Below, piece by piece: positions 49,988 to 58,331 of a DNA stretch of 64,000 nucleotides. Location: contig OY253673.1 of assembly GCA_958009085.1 (NCBI GenBank), forward strand, positions 1 to 64,000, given 5' to 3'. The stretch's first letter is position 1. Each line of letters opens with the position of its first letter. Under the pieces are notes generated by a model that was given only the letters and a program-made list of their open reading frames with translations, did no database searches and had not been told where the DNA came from. The position numbers and the translations under genes are program-made. Source of the DNA: Protoeuglena noctilucae. Lineage: Eukaryota.

Positions 49988-51148
49988 TCACTCCGTCTGG
50001 GCCAGCTCGCCCGTCTCGGTGTCGATCGAGATGGACTTCGTCACCTCCAACGCCACGAGCAGCATCGAGGCGGCCGTGGTGCCGGCCACGTGGATGACCA
50101 GGGGCGAGGCGATGTCGTACGTCGACGTCCCGGACACCAGGTTCGTCGCGGCCGCCCCGGGGAGCTGCATGTTGTACACGCTCGCCCAGAACTCCGACCG
50201 CCAGTTGTTCGTCGTGACGTTCAGGCTCTGGATCCCGCCCACGCCGGAGGGACCGTCCTGGGCCAGCGCCATGTCCGTGGCGGTCCGGATCTCGTGCTTG
50301 GCCTCCTGGAGAGCCCACCCGTTCAGCAGCATGCCGCCGAGTTCGGCGTTGATGGTCCCGGCCGTCTCGAAGGTGCTCAGGTAGAACTTGCTGGTCGTGG
50401 TCTGGTACGCTGGGTCCACGCGGAAGGTGATGATCTTGTCCAGGCTCAGAGTCGCCTTCGTCATCGGAAAGTCGATGCTCGTCGTGAAGCTCGGCGAGAC
50501 GAAGCTCGAGAAGTGCTTGAAGGGTAGCTTGAACTGCTTCACCGAACGCAGCGCCCGGCGGTACGTGTCCTGGGCGAATTGCACACAGTCCATGACCAGG
50601 TACGCGTTCGAGACGCCGGCCACCGTGCCGCCCGTCGCCGTGCCGATCACGTTGGGGTCCACCAGCTGGAGCTGGAGCACTGTGTTTCGGAAGAGCGAGA
50701 AGTCCATGTACCGGTTGTGGCTGCCGGACAGCGCCCCGTAGGCGAATCCCTGGACGACGGCGGGGCCGTTGAAGGCGTCGACGGTGAATGTCTGCGGCAG
50801 CGCCGACTGGCGGTATGTGGGCCAGGTCAGCTGCTTGAGCTGGCTGACCACCTTCCCGTACCGCTGCAGCTGGGTGACCGAGTACCCGGAGACGGAGACG
50901 TCGACCTGCTGGATGATGGCGTCGGCCACGGGGATCGAGTACGCCGTCGTGCCGGCGTTCATCGAGAACTCGAAGTAGATCTTCAGCGAGCGCAGGTCCG
51001 CGATCACGGGGGGGATGTTGAAGACGACCGACTCGCCGGCCGCCTTCACGCCGGACGCCGTCCACGGCACCCGGATCGTGGAGCGGCTGATGTCGTCCAT
51101 CAGCCGCTGTGCCCGGAAGCTGAGGACCTTGGGGAGTGCGTCGGACAT
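49988..51148 (-). CDS. Major capsid protein (double jelly-roll, PLV type)
   Basis: 386 aa, beta-rich. The N-terminus LPKVLSFRAQRL...VVFNIPP.IADLRSLKIYF...IIQQVDVSVSG...Y follows the pattern I recall for PgVV/Gezel-like PLV capsids; context includes the ATPase and penton. Confidence 0.85.
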   Translation of the reverse strand: MSDALPKVLSFRAQRLMDDISRSTIRVPWTASGVKAAGESVVFNIPPVIADLRSLKIYFEFSMNAGTTAYSIPVADAIIQQVDVSVSGYSVTQLQRYGKVVSQLKQLTWPTYRQSALPQTFTVDAFNGPAVVQGFAYGALSGSHNRYMDFSLFRNTVLQLQLVDPNVIGTATGGTVAGVSNAYLVMDCVQFAQDTYRRALRSVKQFKLPFKHFSSFVSPSFTTSIDFPMTKATLSLDKIITFRVDPAYQTTTSKFYLSTFETAGTINAELGGMLLNGWALQEAKHEIRTATDMALAQDGPSGVGGIQSLNVTTNNWRSEFWASVYNMQLPGAAATNLVSGTSTYDIASPLVIHVAGTTAASMLLVALEVTKSISIDTETGELAQTE

Positions 51149-51191
51149 GGGCTTCTGCCGGTCCGGCAGAGAAAAAAAGCGGTGCGACGCG

Positions 51192-51720
51192 TCATTCCTT
51201 GGCCCGTTTGATCTCGTCACGCCGCAGCAGCCGGCGCGTCCCGGAGACCCGGTAGCTCCCGCCATCCACCTGCTTGACGACCCGCGGCGTGACGTCCCAG
51301 ACCCCCTTCGACCGCTTCGACAGCGGCCCCTGCGCGCTCGGGAGCATGACGAGCACGCGGTCGCCCTCGCGGATCGGGTTCTCCTCGGGGGGCCCTGGCT
51401 CGCCGACCCTGCGGTAGGCGCGCAAGATCCGGAGCTCCTCCCCTTGCGCCGCCCTCTGCCAGGTCTTCCCCCACATGGGCGCGTCGGCCGCCTCGTTCGG
51501 CGGCATGCCCGTCGTCGCGTTGTCCCGCTTGTTGTACGCCGTGACGACGTCCGCGAACACCTCCCTCCACGTAGGGTTCTGCTTCAGCTTCTGGCGCCGC
51601 GCCATGACGTGGGCGGTCTTCGTCCGCAGCACTCGGATCATGGCCTCGACCTGCGGCGCGTGCTGCTGGACGATCAGGCGGATGCCCCGCTCCTTCAGGA
51701 ACGCCCGCCCCTCGTTCGGG
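51192..51720 (-). pseudogene. rve (DDE) integrase, 5'-truncated (GC-rich copy)
   Basis: FLKERGI...HAPQVEAMIRVLR...W..V..DVVTAYNKRDNATTGMPPNEA...IREGDRVLV...W...V..V...SYRV. Similarity stops at ~51720, where antisense fibre sequence begins. Confidence 0.85.
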
Positions 51721-54700
51721 CTTCCCCCAGCCTGGTGGTGGCGGGCGCGGACCAGGCCCCGCTGCTGACGGCGTCGGCGACGGCGGCCACGTCGACCGTC
51801 GAGAGCCTCGTGCCGCTCACGATCAAGTCGACGGCGTCGCCGACGCTGACCGTCGCGAGCGAGGACCCCCTTGTCGACCCGCTGCTGAAGGTGGCGGCCA
51901 CGGACGGGGTGAACTCCCTGTCGCTCAGCTCGAGCGCCGTGGCGGGCTACATCGAGTCGTCGAACGACCTGTCCGTCAAGTGCGGCGGGACCGTCGTCAT
52001 GACGGCGGGGCCCACGGGCGTCAGCATGCTGGGGTCCACGCTCAGCACCGAGGAGACGACGATGATCATCCACTCGGCGGACGCCGACTGCGTCAGCTTC
52101 ACGCCGACCGAGACGGTCTTCTCGGCCGCGCCCATCGTGTGCCAGTCGGCGTACTGCGTCTCGGTCGACCCCGCCAGCAAGCTGGTGACCCAGGCCCAGC
52201 TCGACGAGCAGAAGGCCAAGACGAGCACGACGACGGGCTCGGACGTCGCGTCGTCGGCCGCCAACCTGGGCGGCGACCTCGGCACGCTCTTCGGCTCGAG
52301 CTTCGACTCGCTCGGGGCCGCCGCCGTCGGCGCCATGGGGGGCGCCATGGCGGCCGTGGGGCTCAGCATCCGCAGCGGCACGGACCCGGGGACGGCGGCC
52401 ACCACGTACCAGGTGGTCCAGCAGCCCGTGTCGGGCGGCATCGCCGTCGAGCGCATCCTGATGTTCGACACGAACCCGCTGGCCCCCTCGCTCGTGTACG
52501 TCATGGACGCCACGGGCCTGGACTGGGCGTACGTCAAGAACGTTCCGGCCGCCATCGCGGGGTACACGGGGACGATCGCGGAGTCGCAGGTCACCGGGCT
52601 GGTCGCGGACCTCGCGGCCAAGCTCGACGCCTCCACGGGGGTGATAGCGCAGAGCCAGGTGACGGGCCTCACGTCCGCATTAGCCGGCAAGCTCGACGCG
52701 GCAACGGGCACGATCGCGGAGTCGCAGGTCACGGGACTGGTCGCGGACCTGGCCTCCAAGCTCGACGCCTCCACGGGGACCATCGCCCAGAGCCAGGTCA
52801 CGGGGCTGACGGCCGCCTTGGCGGGGTACACGGGGACGATCGCGGAGTCGCAGGTCACCGGGCTTGTCGCGGACCTGGCCTCCAAGCTCGACGCCTCCAC
52901 GGGGACCATTGCCCAGAGCCAGGTCACGGGGCTGACGGCCGCCTTGGCCGGCAAGCTCGACGCGGCCACGGGCACGATCGCGGAGTCGCAGGTGACGGGG
53001 TTGACGAGCGATCTCCAGGGCATCAACAGCCAGCTAGCCAGCCTGGGGGCCAGCTCGGCGGGCGTGGGGGTCAGCAAGCTGGACGTCGAGACGGTCACGA
53101 CGAACGGAGCGACGCTGAGCCTGACGAAGTCGAGCTACTTCGCGCCCGGTATCGTCACGCCCACGGGCTTCTTCCCCGGCGTGCACGGGTTCGCCATGAC
53201 CTACCCCGCGAACCTGGCCCAAAACAACGGGGGCCAGATCAACGCCTCGGCCGTCGACGCATCGGGCAACTTGTATGTGTGCGTGTACACCGCGATGGGC
53301 TCCTCGACGACGACGAACTGCATCAAGAGCCTCAACGGGGACACGAGCCTCCAGGTCGCGGTGAACGACGCCAACTCTTCGGGCGCCGCGCCGTACGTGG
53401 CCAAGTTCGACCCGACCGGCACCCTCTTGTGGGCGTGGAAGCCCCTCGACAACCACTCGACCGTCTCCTCGAACAACGCCACATGCGTCGGCGTGGAGGT
53501 GCAGTCCAACGGGCACATCCAGTATGTCTTCAGCCTCCACTTCGGGGACTTCGACTCGTTCAACCCGGACGGGACTCTTCGGACGTCCGGCTTCGTCAGC
53601 GACCGATGCATCGATTACGTGCAGCTCACCGTGAATAGCGCGGGGGCCATCGTGTCCTTCACCACGCCGGTCTCGACGAACGTCGGGGCGGCCACGGGAT
53701 ACAACGCCTGGTTCCCCGAGACGATGGCGTGGAACGGCAAGACCCTCATGAGCATCACCACGGCGTGGGGACCCAACGCGTACACGACCTCGCCCACCCA
53801 GCTCTACTTCGGCAACACGGGGCCAATCGGCTACTACAACGCCGCCTTCGTGTACCTGAACGATGACGCCGTCGCCATGATGGCCAACCCGATCCAGCTC
53901 ACGGCGTCGAGCGAGCAGCTCGAGGTGGCCGGGATGACCACCGACTCGTCCAACAACCTCTTCGTCAGCCTGCTGTACTACGGCGGCGGGGGCTCCCGCA
54001 CCATCAACAACCTCTCGAGCAACTCGTCCTCTGGGCACACCGTCACCCTCCCGGCCGCGTGGTGCAACGTCGTCCTCTGGTACAATTCGTCCGGCGTGTA
54101 CGTGGGCACGCCGCTCATGATCACCACCAACGCGAACGCCATGCTCGACATCGAGTGCGACGGCTCCGGAAACATCTACGGCTATTGGGCCACGTCGGAC
54201 GCGAGCGTCACCGTCGGCGGCGTCACCGCCACCAGCAAGTACACGCCGTCCGGGTGGCTGGTCAAGTTCACGCCGACGGGCACCGTGAGCAAGCTCGCCT
54301 CGTGCATCGACGCCTCCGCCCTGAGCAGCACGTGGTTGGACTACAACCGGCGGCTCATGTTCGACGCCACCAACGGCCTCATGTTCCTCTGCCTCCAATG
54401 GGGCGGGACGGCGACGGGGACGGCCCTCACCAACCTCGACGGCTCCGCGAGCTCCGTCGTGAGCCCCAACCGTCCCGGCGGGACCGGCGCGAGCATCTTC
54501 GCCCTCAACTGCTCCACCGACAAGTGGGTCTTCGCCTTCACGCCGCTCGGGGTGGCGACCGGCCACCTCACGTCCGTGTACCAGAGCTACCGCGCGGCCC
54601 ACCGCAAGCTCCTCGTCAACGGCTACGTCTCGACGGACCAGACGTCCTTGCAGGTGTACAACGGAGACAAGACGTCCACCACCTCCCTCACGACGGACTC

Positions 54701-56039
54701 GGCCGCGTACGGCAACTCGACGTACCAGCCCCTCCTCCTCGCCTACTCGTACAACGCCACGCCCATGTCGGCCACGCTCCCGCTCCCGTCGCCGTCGTCG
54801 GGCAACTTCCTCGAGAAGACGCTGATCATGCAGCCGGGGCTGTCGTACGTGCTGACGGAGCAGAACAACGCGGGCGACAACACCCGGACCATCCCCACGG
54901 CGGCGACGGGCCTCACGGTCGTCCAGTACTACTACGCCGGCGACGCGTGGAGCCCCGACTTCTCCACCGTCGACCTCGTCAACACCGTCGTCTACGACAG
55001 CTCCTCCACCACCACAACCGTCTCCAACACGGATGCCGCCACGCTCAACGGCCTCGCCTCGAGCCAGTTCGTGAGGTCCGACGTGGCGTCGGGCGTGTCG
55101 TGCGCCTCGTCGACCCGGGCCTTCGCCGTAAACAACCAGGCGGGCGGTTTCCAGGTGGCGAGCTTCCAGTCGGCCGGGACCGAGGTCCTCGGCGTCTCGC
55201 CGGGCGCCGTCGCCGTCGCGGGGAGCCTGACCGTGTCGGGCGGGATCTCCGGCTCCCTCCCATGGTCGGGCGTCACGGGCATGCCGACGTACATCGGCTA
55301 CGTGTCCACCCTCACGTCCGACTGCCAGAGCCAGCTCGACGCCCTCCGCACGTCATCGTTCCTCAGCCTCTCGGGCGGGACGGTCAGCGGCACGGTGACG
55401 GCGACGTCCTTCATCGCCGACGGGAGCATCACGTGCCAGAGCCTCTCGACGTCGGGCGCGGTGCGGATCGACGCGTCCAACCCGGGCCCGCTCGTGTACA
55501 CGCAGTATCCCGCGGGGGTCTCGGACTCGTACGGGCTCGCCCAGGAGTCGAGCGGGAGGTTGTACCTGTACGCCTCGAGCTACTACGCGAGCTCGACAAT
55601 CCAGCTCGGGTTCGTGACGGGGGCGGGGACGTACGCGTCCAAGGTCGTCGTGTCGCAGGGGAGCCCCGAGGTGGCCGTGTCGGGGAGCGTGAAGGCGTCG
55701 GGGAGCCTCAACTTCGACAGCGGGGTGATCCCGAGCGTGGGGCCGAGCTCCTCCGTCATCGTGGCGGGGACGGCCGCCGTCGTCGGCGCCGACCACCAGG
55801 CCATGACGCCGGGTCTCTACCGCTGCACGCTGGTGGGGTACAACAACGTGGTGCCCAGCTTCTCCGATGTCGTGATCCACGCCCAGGACGCGGGGTCCGG
55901 GAACCTGACGATGTACATGTCGGGCCAGGACGCGAACGTCTACCTGCTGTGGTCGTACGCCAACAACGAGATCCAGATCAACAACACCTCCGGCGTCACC
56001 TACGCCAACGTCGCGTGGAGCGTTCAGAAGATCGGGTAG
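51720..56039 (+). CDS. Large virion fibre/adhesin, 5' end missing
   Basis: ~1440 S/T/G/A-rich codons with phage-tail-like repeats, beta-propeller-like motifs (AVDASGNLYV, TTDSSNNLFV, ECDGSGNIYG), and fibre motifs DAATLNGLASSQFVRSD, IGYVSTLTSDCQSQLD, FLSLSGGTVSG. The first in-frame ATG is at 51999. Confidence 0.85.
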   Translation, partial: ASPSLVVAGADQAPLLTASATAATSTVESLVPLTIKSTASPTLTVASEDPLVDPLLKVAATDGVNSLSLSSSAVAGYIESSNDLSVKCGGTVVMTAGPTGVSMLGSTLSTEETTMIIHSADADCVSFTPTETVFSAAPIVCQSAYCVSVDPASKLVTQAQLDEQKAKTSTTTGSDVASSAANLGGDLGTLFGSSFDSLGAAAVGAMGGAMAAVGLSIRSGTDPGTAATTYQVVQQPVSGGIAVERILMFDTNPLAPSLVYVMDATGLDWAYVKNVPAAIAGYTGTIAESQVTGLVADLAAKLDASTGVIAQSQVTGLTSALAGKLDAATGTIAESQVTGLVADLASKLDASTGTIAQSQVTGLTAALAGYTGTIAESQVTGLVADLASKLDASTGTIAQSQVTGLTAALAGKLDAATGTIAESQVTGLTSDLQGINSQLASLGASSAGVGVSKLDVETVTTNGATLSLTKSSYFAPGIVTPTGFFPGVHGFAMTYPANLAQNNGGQINASAVDASGNLYVCVYTAMGSSTTTNCIKSLNGDTSLQVAVNDANSSGAAPYVAKFDPTGTLLWAWKPLDNHSTVSSNNATCVGVEVQSNGHIQYVFSLHFGDFDSFNPDGTLRTSGFVSDRCIDYVQLTVNSAGAIVSFTTPVSTNVGAATGYNAWFPETMAWNGKTLMSITTAWGPNAYTTSPTQLYFGNTGPIGYYNAAFVYLNDDAVAMMANPIQLTASSEQLEVAGMTTDSSNNLFVSLLYYGGGGSRTINNLSSNSSSGHTVTLPAAWCNVVLWYNSSGVYVGTPLMITTNANAMLDIECDGSGNIYGYWATSDASVTVGGVTATSKYTPSGWLVKFTPTGTVSKLASCIDASALSSTWLDYNRRLMFDATNGLMFLCLQWGGTATGTALTNLDGSASSVVSPNRPGGTGASIFALNCSTDKWVFAFTPLGVATGHLTSVYQSYRAAHRKLLVNGYVSTDQTSLQVYNGDKTSTTSLTTDSAAYGNSTYQPLLLAYSYNATPMSATLPLPSPSSGNFLEKTLIMQPGLSYVLTEQNNAGDNTRTIPTAATGLTVVQYYYAGDAWSPDFSTVDLVNTVVYDSSSTTTTVSNTDAATLNGLASSQFVRSDVASGVSCASSTRAFAVNNQAGGFQVASFQSAGTEVLGVSPGAVAVAGSLTVSGGISGSLPWSGVTGMPTYIGYVSTLTSDCQSQLDALRTSSFLSLSGGTVSGTVTATSFIADGSITCQSLSTSGAVRIDASNPGPLVYTQYPAGVSDSYGLAQESSGRLYLYASSYYASSTIQLGFVTGAGTYASKVVVSQGSPEVAVSGSVKASGSLNFDSGVIPSVGPSSSVIVAGTAAVVGADHQAMTPGLYRCTLVGYNNVVPSFSDVVIHAQDAGSGNLTMYMSGQDANVYLLWSYANNEIQINNTSGVTYANVAWSVQKIG
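52569..53034 (+). repeat. Coding tandem repeat in the fibre: 7 x GTIA(E/Q)SQVTGL..(D/A)LA.KLDA.T
   Basis: Seven ~69-bp units (one shortened) alternating two variants; similar to phage tail repeat-like (PTR) motifs. Confidence 0.95.
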
Positions 56040-56145
56040 CGTCGCCCGACGAGATGAGGGTAAACGCCGTCATGGTATGCCCGGAAGTGTGTGACTAGAA
56101 TCGGCCCCGACCCATTCGCGCCCTTCCCTCCGTACAACAATCAAG

Positions 56146-56598
56146 ATGACCGACCTGCACCCTCTGATCGTGGCCGAGGCCGACGATGTCATCACCGCCG
56201 TCCGGGCGAATCCGGACTTCAAGTACGTCCGGTTCAGCGCCTACGGCCCCCCCGAGCAGCCCCTCGACGAACTCATTCGGCGCGGGAACGACGGCGTCCT
56301 CCCGGAAAGCGACGTCGAGCTTCACATGCGGATCTACGGCGACTTCGAGGAGCGCCACTCGGCCGGTGGCGAGGTCTGCTTCTGGAGAATCCAGTACCGG
56401 GGCCACCGGATCGCGAGCCGGCGCGAACGCGCCAAGGAGCTCGCCATCGCCGACATGAGGCGGCTCGAGAAAGTCGTCTCGTACCACCACCCGGACGTGG
56501 GCGTCATGAAGCGGGGCCTCACGAAGAGAGAGTTCCGGGAGTTCTTCGATGATCAGGGTGAGCCGATCACGAACGCCTCGTCGAGGTTCCTCCGGTAG
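56146..56598 (+). CDS. Hypothetical PLV protein
   Basis: 150-aa ORF with ATG and viral codon usage; its 3' end overlaps the ATPase 3' end by 46 nt. Confidence 0.7.
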   Translation: MTDLHPLIVAEADDVITAVRANPDFKYVRFSAYGPPEQPLDELIRRGNDGVLPESDVELHMRIYGDFEERHSAGGEVCFWRIQYRGHRIASRRERAKELAIADMRRLEKVVSYHHPDVGVMKRGLTKREFREFFDDQGEPITNASSRFLR

Positions 56599-57455
56599 CG
56601 CTCCGGGAGCGGGAGGAGCTTCAGCCCGACGAAGCAGTCGTGGCTGCCCACCGTGGCCTGGTCCCACATCGCGATGAACTGCTCGGGCGTGATGTCGTCG
56701 TCACACAGCGACGCCGCGATGTCCTTCTTGACCTTCATGTTCGAGCACTTGTACAAGGCGAAGGTGTTCACCATGCTCCGCAGGCTGAGCGGCAGCGTCT
56801 GCGTCCAGCTCTGACTCGAGATGAAAACGGAGCAGCGTCGGTGCCGGCACAGGATCACGAAGCGGTTCAGCGGCCCGCTCATCCACCGGCTGAAGACGGT
56901 GTTGTCCCCGAGGTGGTCGTCGATGACCAGGCATGCCGTGGGCTTGCCGCGGGGGTACCTCGGGGCCGGCTTCCAGTCGAAGAAGTCGAGCAGGTCGAGC
57001 TCCTCGCCGGTCAGCCTCTCGATCTCGGGCTGGCCGAACTCGTTCGACGGCAGCCGCCTGAACTTCTGGTACACGGGCGCGTAGGACTCGCCCAGCTCGT
57101 GGCGGCTGAGGTGGTGCTCGATCACGTCCGTCACGTGGTCCATGTCGAAGTGGTCGAGGTACTCGATGTCGACGCCGAGCGCCCTGAACGCATTCAGGGT
57201 GCCCTTCACCTTCTTGTCGCGGCCGCTCGTCGGCGAGCACCAGAAGACCCGGTCCCACGCCTTGGCCTCCAGGTACATCTTGAGGAAGTTGAGGAGGAAC
57301 GTCGACTTGCCGCGGCCGATCCCGCCGACGACGTAGCCGAACAGCACCTGGTTGTCCTTCCCCACGTCGGGGAGGCCCTCGGGCCCCTCGCGCACGTGGT
57401 CCTCGTCGCCCGACAGCGGCACGAGCCGCGGCACAGAGACCTTCGAGAACTGCAT
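56553..57455 (-). CDS. Genome-packaging ATPase (A32-like, FtsK-HerA superfamily)
   Basis: Walker A GGIGRGKST, following strand VFWCSPT, Walker B CLVIDD, Arg motif CRH, ISSQ, LPLSLR; 300 aa from ATG 57455. Confidence 0.93.
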   Translation of the reverse strand: MQFSKVSVPRLVPLSGDEDHVREGPEGLPDVGKDNQVLFGYVVGGIGRGKSTFLLNFLKMYLEAKAWDRVFWCSPTSGRDKKVKGTLNAFRALGVDIEYLDHFDMDHVTDVIEHHLSRHELGESYAPVYQKFRRLPSNEFGQPEIERLTGEELDLLDFFDWKPAPRYPRGKPTACLVIDDHLGDNTVFSRWMSGPLNRFVILCRHRRCSVFISSQSWTQTLPLSLRSMVNTFALYKCSNMKVKKDIAASLCDDDITPEQFIAMWDQATVGSHDCFVGLKLLPLPERYRRNLDEAFVIGSP

Positions 57456-57497
57456 GCAGAAAGAGGCGGCTTTTTTTTCGAGCGTTCCCGCAAAAGC

Positions 57498-57836
57498 ATG
57501 TCCACGTACACGATGGCCGACGTCCGCGCCCTCGAGCGGGAGATCCAGCGCGCTCACCCGGGCCTCGACTCGTGGTTCGCCCAGGTCCTCGCCCACCAGC
57601 ACCTCCGCGACGACCTCGGCCGGGAATTTCAGGACCAGGAGCATGCGCCGCTGCCTTGTTCTCCAATCGAGGCACTCCCTGACGAGCGGGGTGCTGACGT
57701 GGGCGACGGGGAGCCTGAGCTTCCCGACCGAGACGCTGCGGGTCCGCCTGGCGGCGGTCCTGATGCCGGCGGTGAGCTTCCAGGCGCGGGCGCCCATCAC
57801 GCTGACGCTGAACGGGGCGGCGACCAGCCTGCCTGA
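57498..57836 (+). CDS. Small hypothetical PLV protein overlapping the penton start
   Basis: MSTYTMADVRALEREIQRAHPGLDSWFAQVLA.. follows the T-run motif; the 3' part overlaps the penton in another frame. Confidence 0.5.
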   Translation: MSTYTMADVRALEREIQRAHPGLDSWFAQVLAHQHLRDDLGREFQDQEHAPLPCSPIEALPDERGADVGDGEPELPDRDAAGPPGGGPDAGGELPGAGAHHADAERGGDQPA

Positions 57837-58329
57837 CACGACGCTCGCCAGCTACGAGGACACGGCCGCGTGGCTGACGGCCAACACGACGGGGCTCTCG
57901 TGGGACTACATCGAGTCCAGCAACCTCTTCCGCGTGACCAACGCGAGCGGCGCCCCCGCGACGGTCCAGTGCGACCCGCTCGGCTTCGGGACGGCCGTCG
58001 TCGTGCCCGACGGCGCGTCCGTCTCGGGGGAGGTGCAGCCGGTCCTCCAGTGGCTCCACGGCATCGTGGTCCGATGCAACCTGTTCCGCGGCCTCGCTTC
58101 GACGGCCGGCGGCTCCGTCGACGCCGGCGACGTCGCGGGGGTCGTGTCCACGGACGGCGAGACGATCCGCTGGGAGAACCTGTCGGACGACTACCAGGTG
58201 TGCCGCTCGGACGCCGTCCGCTCGGGCATAGAGGTGCGGCTCCAGGACCTCGACGGCAACCTCCTCGTGCCGACCCGCAACGTCACCGTCGTGCTGTCGA
58301 TCGCCCCGAATTTTACCGGGGTGGAGTAA
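57643..58329 (+). CDS. Minor capsid protein (penton, single jelly-roll)
   Basis: 228 aa; LVLQS..., VRLAAVLMP, IVVRCNL, and C-terminal IEVRLQDLDGNLL....NVTVVLSI typical of PLV/Polinton pentons; adjacent to the ATPase. Confidence 0.8.
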   Translation: MRRCLVLQSRHSLTSGVLTWATGSLSFPTETLRVRLAAVLMPAVSFQARAPITLTLNGAATSLPDTTLASYEDTAAWLTANTTGLSWDYIESSNLFRVTNASGAPATVQCDPLGFGTAVVVPDGASVSGEVQPVLQWLHGIVVRCNLFRGLASTAGGSVDAGDVAGVVSTDGETIRWENLSDDYQVCRSDAVRSGIEVRLQDLDGNLLVPTRNVTVVLSIAPNFTGVE

Positions 58330-58331
58330 AC

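Noticed and set aside
51015..51719. N-terminal ~235 aa of the 1674-aa plus-strand ORF
   Set aside because: It is the antisense read-through of the integrase and MCP genes; fibre-like composition starts only at ~51720.
51721..52073. N-terminal Arg-rich part of the 293-aa minus-strand ORF as the integrase N-terminus
   Set aside because: It is antisense to the fibre gene and has no rve motifs.
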